From contig NW_008246068.1 of assembly GCF_000281045.1 (NCBI RefSeq), positions 1,203,544-1,254,487 of the forward strand: a stretch of 50,944 bases of DNA, in the 5' to 3' direction. The notes below the pieces were generated by a model that saw nothing but the letters and a program-made list of their open reading frames with translations, ran no database searches and was not told the DNA's origin. This document shows, one piece after another, positions 1 through 11,086 of this stretch. The translations under genes were made by a program, and so were the position numbers. How positions within the stretch are numbered: position 1 is the stretch's first letter; each line of letters opens with the position of its first letter. Origin of the DNA: Saprolegnia diclina VS20. Its lineage: Eukaryota.

Positions 1-681
1 ATCTGGCTTGTGATGTGGAGAAGGCAACATTCGGTCTCTTATCGATTGCTGGTGATATGGAGCCCGGAACAGGCACTGAGAGGAAGTTTTTTGAAGAAGT
101 GGTTGAGTTTGGATAGGTGCAAAAATGGAGAAGCAGGGTATCGATCCCTGTACCTCGCGCAAAATGGGATTGACGATGGCAGGCTTACTGACGTACAACC
201 ATTTAGCGACAAGGTCCGTGGGAGGGGCAGATTGGAATGCTTTGCTTTTGATCTACAAAATACTTGGTTTTGAATCCCTACGTGCTCACGGCTCTCTCGT
301 CGCTTTCTTATGTGCAACGCCACTTTCCGTCACCATCCATGCGGATGGACGGTGCTTCGAGCCATTACGGTCCAACGGCATATCTGGAGTCCACTGGGGT
401 GTCGCGTTCATTATCCAATTCTATACAAACAGTAGTACTTGACGTGGCAGAGACAGAGGACAGCGTTATGATCCCTATGGGCTGGTGCAACCAGGGTTCC
501 TTCCAACCAGACTTATAGCCGCTGGCTTTTCCAGCTCTCTGCGTCTTACAGTGCTCGTGTAAATGAATTTGACTGGCTTTGTTTCACCAGATTGGATCCA
601 AATCGTAAAACCCAAATTGGGCTCGGTCGTTTCGGGTCACCTTTGTATCTTGAAGCGGCGCAGACTCGTGGGTTTCGCAGC

Positions 682-3600
682 ATGAACGCAAGCAGCGTCG
701 TGACGCCGGTGCCGGACACGGCCGAGCCCAAGGCGGCCGACGAGGCGCGGCTGCCGGCGCTCGCTGCCACAAAGCCGACAGTCACCGATGCAGAGCTCGA
801 TGACATGCGGGCCAAGATCCGAGTGCACATTGGAGAGTCCATTCGCGTGGCGCGGGCCCAGAAACGGCGGCAGCATCGGCGCATCTGCGGCCTCTCGCGC
901 GCCGACGTCTTTGAGTGGGTGCGGTCCGTGCTCTGCTGCTCGGACGTCGACGCCGCGACGGCGACCGACGATTCGGACGCCAAGATCCTCTCGACCAAGA
1001 AATTTCTCGGCGGCGTCGAAGAGTTTGCTTGCCTCACGGACCGCGAACTCTCGCAGCTCGCGCGCCTCACAGAATTACGCACCTATCGACGGGACGACGT
1101 GGTCTTGCTCAGCGAGGACAAGGCGGGTACGACCATGACGCTGTGCTGGGCTGCCATGGACGGTATCTTTGCCTGTGGTAGATGGTCTGTACATCATTTT
1201 GTCGGGCAAGGCGTCGCGCTGCGTGCTGAGCGAAGGCTCGATGGACATGGCCATTGAACCCGAGATGCTCACGTACCAGGAAACCTTTGGCATGGACGTC
1301 TCGCCCACCATCGACAAGGACGCAGAGACCATCGAGACTAGCATCACGGCTGGTACGCCGACCCATCACCTCTCCTTCCTTCCTATTGATACGACTTGAC
1401 TAGTGTCGCCGGAGCTCGAATGTCTCTGGCTGCCGACGCTGGTGATCCACATGCTAAATTTGCAGCCGCGCCTCGAGTACGAGTTTGTGCTTATTCTCAA
1501 AAACACCGAAGACATTACCGATACCGAGTACAAGCAGCAGGAGACGATCCTCTCGAGCATCCTCCAGGCGGGTATTCACGTGACCGTCATGGCCAACTCG
1601 CGCAATACGACCGACAAGATCATCTTGCTGCTGAGCGCGCCCTTGTGGCTCCTCGCCCGCGAAGACAAGCTCATGAAGATGGAGCGCATCATCGAGTACC
1701 ACTCGGAAGAAGACGTATGCCAGCACTACGGTCTTATGCCTGAACCGTATTTTGTAGGCCAAATCCCTCGGCGACGAGTACGGGGCGAACGCCGAGGCGC
1801 TGACCGCCGCCGATCGGCTCTCTGCGTTTGCGTCCATCTTGACACGCCCCGCGACCGACAAGCCGCCAGGCGCGGGTCTCCGTGGCATTGAGAACAACCA
1901 AGACTCGATCATCCACGACGTCTTTCCGCTGCACGACCCAAGGTACATATACATTTCCGATGTGGTACTATCGCACGTGGCTCACAAAACGATGTAGCAT
2001 GTCGGACTTCATCACGTCGTCGTGGTACAAGGAGGCGCTCTCGGCGTCGACGCGGCAGCTGTTTTTGCTGCGCACGAAGGACCATTTTGGCTTGCGCATC
2101 GCCTTTTACACGGCGTTCATCCGCCTCTACTGCGCGTCCCTGAGCATGCCGTGCATCGTTGGCGTCCTCCTCTGGGTGCTCTGGCGCCACATTGACTACA
2201 CGTCGTACATGCAGGCGATGGGCATCTACGGCCTCCTCGTCGCGCTCGTTTGGGCGCCGAGTGTGCTCAAGCGCTGGACGCGCTACCAGTACTCGCTCCT
2301 CGTCGAGTGGGACCTTCTCCAAGCCAAAGAGGTCGAGTACCCCAACCCAGAATTCAAAGACTTTGTCGTCGAGACCATCAACGTGGCCAACGAAGACGAC
2401 GCACCCGACTATGTGGACGTCAAGGTCTACGACAACCGGCGCCGGTACCCCAAGTACATTTCGTTCTTTCTCTTCTCGCTCGTCTCGTGCGTGCTCCTCT
2501 TTGGCTTTGTCATGCTCTATGCGCAGTGGTACATTGTGGCCGTCATGACGCCGCTCTGCGTCGACCCGCGCTGTCCCGTCTACCTCAGCAACAACCTCTG
2601 CGAATCGCAGTGCCAGTCGCTCGTGGTATCGGACGAAACGTTCAACTTTTTACACCCAATTCGCAGCTCGCCCTTGGGCTGCGCTGGCTACTGCAACACG
2701 TCAACGTTCGATGCCGCGTACTATAGCTGCGACACGCCGCTCGTGGGCTGCTTCAACACCGAGCGCGGCATTGTCGGCACCGCGCGCTGGACGTACGTGC
2801 TGGTGCAAGGCATTGTGCTCGGCTTGACGCTTGACATAATCTTCCTCGCGGTCTTTGAGCTCATTGCGTCCGTCTTCAACAAGTGGGAAAACTACGCGAC
2901 GCTCCAAGAGTTTGAGCGCCGCTACATTGAGAAGATCTTTCTCTTCAACTGGGTCGGGTACTTTTACTGGTTCTTCCTCCTCGCGTTCCTCTACACGCCG
3001 TACGGCGACGAGGTCCAAACGTATATTCGCAACAATATCGATACGATCGGGTGGCTCACAGGCTACGGCAGCCTCAAGTTCAGGTACATTGTGTCTTGTT
3101 CAAATATTTAGATGGCTCATGAATATGAGTCTAGTCGGTACTGGACCAAGGGATTGGTCGCGATGGATTCTGCGTTTGTGACACCGCTCATTGTGACCCA
3201 GGCGCTCAACCTCGTCATCAATACGTTCGTGCCCTACTTGCTCCGACAGGCTGTCATTGGGGCGCGGGACCGGTATCTTGTCGGCAAGGACCAGCTGAGT
3301 CTCCAAGCCGCCAAACTCAAAAACAATTTCAAAGCGCAGCAAGCGGTCCTCACGCATGGAGTGGCGCAGACGACCCAAACCGCGGCCGCCAACGTTCGGC
3401 GCACGAGTCGCCGGGCGCTCGCGCTACTTCGCCGCGGTCCGACCAAAGTCCTCGAAATGCCCCACAACGAGCCCAACGTCCACGACGCCGACGAGCTCAA
3501 CGAAATGGAGAAGGAGGAGCTCGCACAGCACTTGGCCGAGAAGAAGCCGATCAAAGCCGGCGACGTCGAAGCCACGATCGAAGGCCTCTTTGCCAATTTG

Positions 3601-5378
3601 TCGCGTCACCAGAACCGCATGAGCCAGATCTGCTTCAACATTCGCCGCGACGAGCTCGATGCGTACCAACTCACGAGGTTGTCTTATTCTCCATCACAAT
3701 TATAACTGTTCGAACGATCTATACTAGCTACGATTGGATCGACAAGATGACGCAAGACATTGAGCACAACAAGCGGCACGACAGCATTTGGGAAGACCCG
3801 ATGACGAAAGCGGCCAAGCCCGAGCAGCACGCGCTGCGCCTTCGGCTCATTAAGGATTGGCCCTGCCGCAACTACAGCTACACGGCCGACCGGATCCTCG
3901 AAGAGTCGAGCATGCCAGTGTACTCGCCATCCGGCGACCTCCTCCACATGGCCATCCAGTTTAGCTACGTGGTCATGTTTTCGGTCGTGTGGCCGTTCTG
4001 CGCCCTCTGCGCGTACTGCAACAACTGGGTCGCCCTCCGCTTTGACGCGATCAAGATGACGATCGACTGCAAGCGCGCGGTGCCACGCCGCAGCATTGGC
4101 ATTGGGCCGTGGTACGGCGCCTTCATGTTTGAGACGCTCGTCGCGACGATCGCAGTGCCCGCGATCTTTGTGTACGTCACCGGTCAAATGGACTCGTATA
4201 TCTGCGTGATCGATACGCTCAATTACGGCCCGGTCGACAATTGCTATTCGCTGCTGCAGCGTCTCTTGGCTTTTTGCTGCCTTGAGAACGCCGGCATTGC
4301 CATTTGCTTTCTCGTGTACCTCCGGAAGAGCAACATCTCGACCGAGACGTCCATCAAGATTCAAGAGCACTCGCGCCGCCTCAAGCACAACGTCCGGAAG
4401 AGTGTGCGCACGATTGGCGAGCACATCCTCGTCCAAGTCTACGGGCAAGGCCATCTTGGCGAGTGGCGCCAAGGCACCGTTGCATGGGTCAAGAACGGCC
4501 GCGTCAAAGTCAACTTTTACGCGTCCAACGGGTTTAGCAGCGACGGGCACTCGACCGAGCACGAAGGTACAACCACAAATTCAAAGTTATCGCCTCGAGG
4601 ATCGACTGTGTTAGTGTGGCTCCAACACGAACGCTACGCACTCAAGAACCCGACGCCGGTGCGCATTTTCGAGGCGCAGATGCCCGTCTTGCTGGCGTCG
4701 ACGACCAAAGGCCGGTGGCTCCAAGGTCATGTTGTGCACCTCGACACGGTCGATCGGCTCGGGAAGGAGCTCATCCACCACCCAAGCGAGATGCACTTGT
4801 CGATCCTCGAAGGTCGCAACTTGCGCTCGTACATGATGCGCAACGTCCTCGACCCGTACATTGTGTTGACGTGCGGCAGCTTCAAGCACATGACGTCCAT
4901 CAAGCGCCATACGCTCAACCCGCTCTGGAACGAACACTTGATCTTTCCGCTGCATGAAAAAGAAGTTTTCAAATCGGACGCCAAGCCCGAGACGATCAAG
5001 CTCGTCGTGTACAACCACGACACGCTCTCGCTGGGCGAGTGCATTGGCGAAGGCGAGATCGATCTGAGTGCGCACCGGGACGGAACGAAGGCCAAAATCT
5101 GGGTCTCGCTGACGCAAAAGAAGAAGCTCAACATAGAGATGCTGGGCAGCGCCGTGCATAAAATGGCGATGGGCGACCCGCTCGAGCCGCAGATCTGCGT
5201 CGAGCTTCAATGGATCGACACGCGCTTGCCCACGAGCGTTCACGTGCAAGTGGACGCAGATGGCGCCGGCGCGCCGCCCCGCGTCCTCAACCGCAAGTTT
5301 TGCGAAAAGCGCCTCTGCTACGGCATCCAGCACGACGAGATCCTCCAAGGCCGCATCTTTAACGCCACCGACATGTAG
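682..5378 (+). CDS. Multi-exon anoctamin/TMEM16-family membrane protein with an N-terminal cyclic-nucleotide-binding-fold domain and a C-terminal C2 domain
   Basis: ORF pieces 592-1257, 1169-1399, 1403-1891, 1882-3111, 3112-3705 and 3747-5378 join through short GT..TAG introns. cNMP-fold text: FACLTDRELSQLARL...DGLYIILSGKA...ETFG. Anoctamin motifs: DVFPLHD, DHFGLRIAFYTAF, KWENYAT...KIFLFNWV, MAIQFSYVVMFSVVWP, NNWVALRFDAIKM...KRAVPRRSIGIGPW. C2 motifs: LSILEGRNL, DPYIVLT, TLNPLWNE, VYNHD...GECIGEGEIDL. Confidence 0.88.
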
Positions 5379-5627
5379 ATGCGTGTATAATGTATGTTGA
5401 ATACCATTTGAATCCAAAGCTACTCGGTTTCTGCGCCGCGACCACAACGCGATGTGCGTGGTGGCAACTGTGGCATCAGTCCCAGTTGATCAGCCAAGTT
5501 GCTACAAGTGAGACAAGAAGGTTCATGCAAGTACATGCCGTCGTGTCGAAAGAGTATTTCACGTGCCTGTAGCCTTCCAGCATAAGTCGAGGGCGTTCAG
5601 GTCGGCCTTGTGTCGTTACAAGCACGC

Positions 5628-5805
5628 ATCAATGAGACCACAACACCGAGTTTGACGCCGCAAGGCTCCTTGGACCACGCAGCGTCATCGTCGAAACCAC
5701 AAACGACTGAGGCACAAGGACGTTGCTGTAGAGCTCCTTGTACGTGGTAAGCGCTTGGATTCGGAAGCTCTCATCAACGCAGGCCCACACAAACCTGGGG
5801 GGTGA
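5628..5805 (+). pseudogene. Possible frameshifted ankyrin-repeat gene remnant
   Basis: Frame at 5628 reads INETTTPSLTP...LDHAASS. A shifted frame at 5704 reads RHKDVAVELLVRG...EALINAG, resembling the ankyrin consensus (GHxxVVxLLLxxG). No start codon or complete ORF. Confidence 0.3.
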
Positions 5806-6086
5806 AGCTCAACCTTGCGTGCGCTATATCGGATTTACCATATTTTATCGAGCGCCGACGTCCTTAATACAGTACTAGTCGAATAGTGTAGACCTCGGCA
5901 AGGGCAATGCTTGGCACTAAAGCGAGAACGGAACACACCTCGTTTCTTACAGCCCATCGGATGGTCCTCCACCAAAGCCTTGCATGCTTCGAGGAGCGTC
6001 AACGAGACAGAGACATGGGGTTTATTGATATTGTGAAGAAAAGCATCGAGTCGCTAGCTACAGTAGGTATTCTGTGTACACGGCGG

Positions 6087-9000
6087 CTACGGTTTGGCCG
6101 ACGATCGCGCTTCGTTGGCTTTGGACGAGTCGCTGTGGCGCGGAGGCCCATGCATGGACTGTGTGTCGCTGAGACGCCGCCCGGTGCTGAGCTGGTCGAC
6201 GCGCAGCGTTGCGATTTCGCGGACACTCGCCCCGGTGCTCGTTTGGTGTGTCGTCGCCTGTTTGTCGTCGGGCGCAGAGAAGGCAAACCCCTTGTAGCTG
6301 CGCATCTCGAGGTTGCGGACACCCGCCTTCTCGTCACCCTCGTTGTCAACGAACGACTGCGAGGCACCGGCCAGCCCCTTCCGGCTCGAGCAGTCCATGA
6401 GGCGCTGGTCGACCTTCTTGAGCGCGCTGCGTTCACGCAAAATGTTGGCTTCTGTCGGCCAGTACATGCGGTAGATGCTATATCACAATAATTAGATGTG
6501 ACAACCTCGTTAAAGTTGTACCTCGTCAGGGACACATCGACGAGAATACCAGCGACGGGAACGAGGAAGAAGACGGCCCAGTAAAGATCCCTACCACATA
6601 GAGCACCATCAGCCATCTCTCACATCCACACGATAGACAATACGCGCCAAGCATGATGGGCGTCACGCCAACCATATCGGTGCCGAGGAACGTCAAGTAC
6701 GGGTACACGAGGAGGAAGAAAAAGTAGAGGAGGATGCTGAAGGCGAGGACTGCGTAGCTGAACCGCGTCCAGCACAGCGTCTCCAAAATGACTTTGGCGT
6801 TCATCGTCATGAGCAAACCCGAGTAGATCGTCGTGCCTTGGAGGTAAAACGAGTGGGTCGCATACGCGGGCACAATGTAGAGCGGGATCCAAAAGCTCAC
6901 AAAGGCGTGGTAGACGGCGTTGGCGATCCAGAGCAGAAAGCACTTGACGTTGAGGTCCTCGTTGCGCTGGCCCGTCGTGTACAGCGGTGGGAAGGCCAGC
7001 GCTTGCTCCGGGTTGACGTCTTGGTCAAACACACCGATCGAAATGATCGGCAACGCCAAAAAGAAGTTCCAGCCCGCGAGCACAAAGCTCTCAAAGAGCG
7101 ACGAGCCGCTTTGGCCGTTGAAAAAGTTGAAGAGGAAGAGCACGATCACGAGCGACATGTTCTTGTAGAACGAGTACAAGATGACCTTGGCAATGCGCTT
7201 GTAGTTGCTCCGTCCGTGTACGAGCAAGAGGCGCTCGAGAAATCTAGTTACGAGGTGAGGATCCATGCCAAAGTCCACATCCAAAAATGGAAAAATCAAC
7301 GTATCAAGTACCGAAATTGCGCGATCGCATAGTCGCTCGCATTCACGGCCTGGACACCTTCTTGACCACAGATACCGATGCCGACGTGCGCCGACTGGAT
7401 CATGTTGACGTCGTTGGCGCCATCACCGATCGCGAGCGTGATAGGCTTGTTGACCGAGTTGAAGCGCACCTACCAGTGCAATATATAAATATAACTACTG
7501 CAGACCATAGAGCTAGGTACGAGGTTGACAATGTCGGCTTTTTGCGCGGGCGAGACGCGGCACGCAATGAGCGCTTTGCAGACGCTCGCAACAACCAGCA
7601 GTTTGCGCCGAAGCTCTTTGGCCGCAGCTTTCTCCGCGTCCGACTGCGTCGTGGCTTTGGCGGGAAAGAGGTGCACGAGCGACTTGCCATCGCAGACAAC
7701 CGCCATCTCGTTGCTCACAGCTTTCTTCTTGTAGAGGTCTTGGATCGCTGGCATTTGAAACAAATAGTCAATCTAGTCCAAAGCGTCACCACTTTGTAAA
7801 GAAAAAAGATGCGACGTACCTGCGCCACGAGGTCGTCAATGTTTTCGCGGTTGACGTACAGCAGCTTCATGCCATCGTCGAGAAGCCGGCACGCGTGCCC
7901 GATGTTGACAGCGGTTTCCTCCTTGTCGCCGGTGAGAACCCAAATCTTGATGCCGGCCTGCGCGAGGTTGAAGATCGTGCGGGGGACACCAACTTGGAGT
8001 TTGTCCTCGATCGCGGTTGCGCCAACAATGTCCATGTCGACTTCGAGCTGCTCGGCCACATCGTCGAGCATCTGGTCCCGGTTCACGAGCGATGTGGCGG
8101 CCTCCTGGTACTTGACGTTCCACGCGTCGTACTCGGCAGCCGAGAGCTCGCGCTGCGCCAACACGAGCGTCCGGAGGCCCTCGGTCGCAAAGTCGCGGAG
8201 CTGTTCGTCGAGGTTGGCAGAGAAAGCGTCCTTCTTGCAGCGTGGCAGAATCACATTGTCAGCACCCTTGCACAGCAGGACGAGGCGGTCGTCGGGGAAC
8301 TGGGCCACGACCGACATGCGCTTCCGCGTCGAGTTGAACTCGTTGACGTTCAAAATCGTGTACGCTTGCGTCTCGGCGGCCTGCCCCTTGCGTGTCACAT
8401 CGACTTCCAAGAGCGGCGCTGGCGTCTTGAGATTAAAGCCGAGGCAGCGCGCGGCCTTGACGAGCGCCTCCTCGTCGGGCGACGATGCGCGGTAGTTTAC
8501 AGCCCCCGTGGTCGCGTTCGCTTCCGGAATCACCGTGTGGCACACCGAGAGGAGCGTCAGGAAATCGCGAATCTTGTCCGCGTTCGGACCTTGCGTCGCA
8601 AGCTCGTGCACCAAGCGCGGGTCGTCAAAGTTGATGGTCTTGTCGCGGAAGATCTGAGCTGCCTCAATGTCCCCTTCGGGCTCCTTGGGCTTGAGCGACG
8701 ACGAGGTGTCCTTCTTGGCGAGAAGCGCGACCGCGGCCGCGATTTCCGTCGACCCGTACCCGTAGACGATACCGCCGACCGAGCACTTGCGAAACTCCAT
8801 GATGTTTTGCGTCAGCGTGCCCGTCTTGTCGGAGAAAATGTACTCGATCTGCCCGAGGTCTTCGTTGAGGTCGGACGTGCGCGCAATCGCGTGGAAGCCT
8901 TCGTGGCACATGTCCGGGTCTGACGAGATGTTTTTGGCTTGGGCCACCTAGTCGAGATGACAAAATGTCTATCAGTTGTTGGACAACTTGTCATGGCAGT

Positions 9001-10386
9001 ATTACCTTGACCATGTCGAGGGAGACGTAGAGTGAGATGGGCACGAGGTTGTTGTAGAGGATGAGGAATGTGAAAAAGGCCGTGCCATCAGCCTCGATGA
9101 ACGGCAAATACCACACACGTTGCTTGTAGTCCGAGACCCACGTGTTGAACGAGAGCGTGCTGATGATGCAGAGGAGAAACTAGGGACATGTCTCATAATC
9201 AGTCCAAACGACTAGGCGGCATGTACCTGTGTCAAGAAGATGAGCACGATGCAGCGGTTGACCATGCGGTAGACGTTGCTCTGCTTGGACGGCGTTGCGC
9301 GGGCGTTCTGCATGAGCTTGGTTTCCTTGCCCGCGAACAGCACCACCCCTAACCGCATTATCCAGCTGCTACGCGACACAAACAAGCCGTACCGAACACA
9401 TAGGCGCAGCTTCGGATGCTGCAGCCGCGCAAGATAATGTTGTTGGGGCCGATGGGCACAGCATCGCCGGTCGACGCCGCTTGGATTCGCCCCGTAAAGT
9501 TATACAGGCGGTTGTTGGGCTGCTCGTACTCGATCGAGCCTTGGAACGCCGCGCAACTCGCCTTGTGCGCCTCTTCGTTCAGCACCGCCTAAAACATATC
9601 GACGTCGTTGACCATGACGCCAGCATTGTCACCGTACGTCGTTGAGACTGCGGAAGCCAACGAGTTTGGCAATCGGCTCGAGCGCGGTCCGGCGCTTCAA
9701 GTTCGTCTCGCCGTCCAAGTTGCACGTCTCGACAAAGCACCGGCCTTCTTCTTCCGACGTGGCCAAGATCAAAATGTCGGCGGGCAATTCATCCTTGTCC
9801 TTGACAAAGAGAATGTCGCCGACAAGCACATCTTGCCACTTTTTGCTGACGAGGTTGCCCCCCGTCGATACGACCTAGCACAAATTAGGCTTTCAGAAAT
9901 ATAAGGGAAGCGTACAGTGCAGAGGCGGCTGTTTTGGATCGCATCCGCATCATGCCGCTTCTTATCTTCATGTCCTTGCTTGAACATGGAGACGAGCAGC
10001 ACAATGAGGAGCGGACCGGCCGTCGTGTACGGGTTCGTCGGCGACCACGAAGTGGCCAACTAGGCTGGCATGAATCTCAGCTACAAGATTTGGTGTATCG
10101 TACTTGAATGACGGAAATGAAGAGGAAATAGCCGTTGGCAATGACCCGAAAAAACTCAAAAAGCGTCTTGGGCACAAAGCTACCAAATATTGTCAATATT
10201 GCGTAGGGCGACAGGGACGCACCTCACGAGCGTGTACTTGGAGGTCGCGACCCAATTGGTCGTGTAATGCCCCTTGAGCCGGAGCTCGCGGTTCTTGGCC
10301 TCGTCGTTGAGAAAGATGCTGCGTGTGTCGGCGACCTCGAGCTTCGTCTCGCCGTTCGGGTGGACCGACATGACACTGTCCGTCAT
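6087..10386 (-). CDS. P4-type ATPase (phospholipid flippase), paralogue A, multi-exon
   Basis: Motifs [45 protein letters not shown] (phosphorylated Asp), [54 protein letters not shown]. Start [10 protein letters not shown] at 10386; stop at 6087. Confidence 0.95.
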
Positions 10387-11086
10387 CCTCGTTTGGCTCT
10401 TGCAACGGTTGGTGCGGGGGCCTTGGATTCGACGAATGGCGACTCGACGCCTTGCATGTCGTGGGCTCGAAATAGCCTGAAACACACTCGCAAAAATAAC
10501 AACCAAAATGGCTTGACGCGCTGAAACGCTTTTCACGTGGCGCTAGTCCACTCGTGAGAAAAAGGACTTGGGCGACCGCCACCCGCACCGTCGGTGGCGC
10601 AGGCTAGTACGACGAGGCGTATAACGATGAGGAGCGACACTACTACCTATTTGTTGCCAATTAAAATATGCGTATGGAAAAGCATGCTCGTGGGGCCAAA
10701 ACGAGCCGTGGTCCGAGCACCAGGCGCACCGCGCTCTTCCGATCGTCGAGCTTTTCATCGCATATTCTCGCTATTCGACGGGATTGCTACTATTACGTAG
10801 TTGCCACTGTTATTTAGTTGGTTGATGCGATGTTTGCGTTGCGACTATACTCTACTCCCACGTCGTATGTTGCCGACTTTGCCTCGGATGATCAAGTGCT
10901 CGACTTTGTTTTTGCGTGGCGATGCTCAGGAGGCATCTGTCGACCTGGATCTGTATCATTTTCGAGAGGTCCTTTGTGGATTTGCGCGCCATTTTGAGTG
11001 CCCGTTGGGCGCGTCAGTTTCGAGTATAAATAGGCTCGGGCTGAGGCGAGTCGTCACATATCGGTTCAAGCGTGCGAGAGTTCGGT

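Noticed and set aside
1..600. Short ORFs (10-273, 125-442, 264-518) in the lower-GC start of the window
   Set aside because: No recognisable motif and non-host codon usage. Treated as intergenic or decayed sequence.
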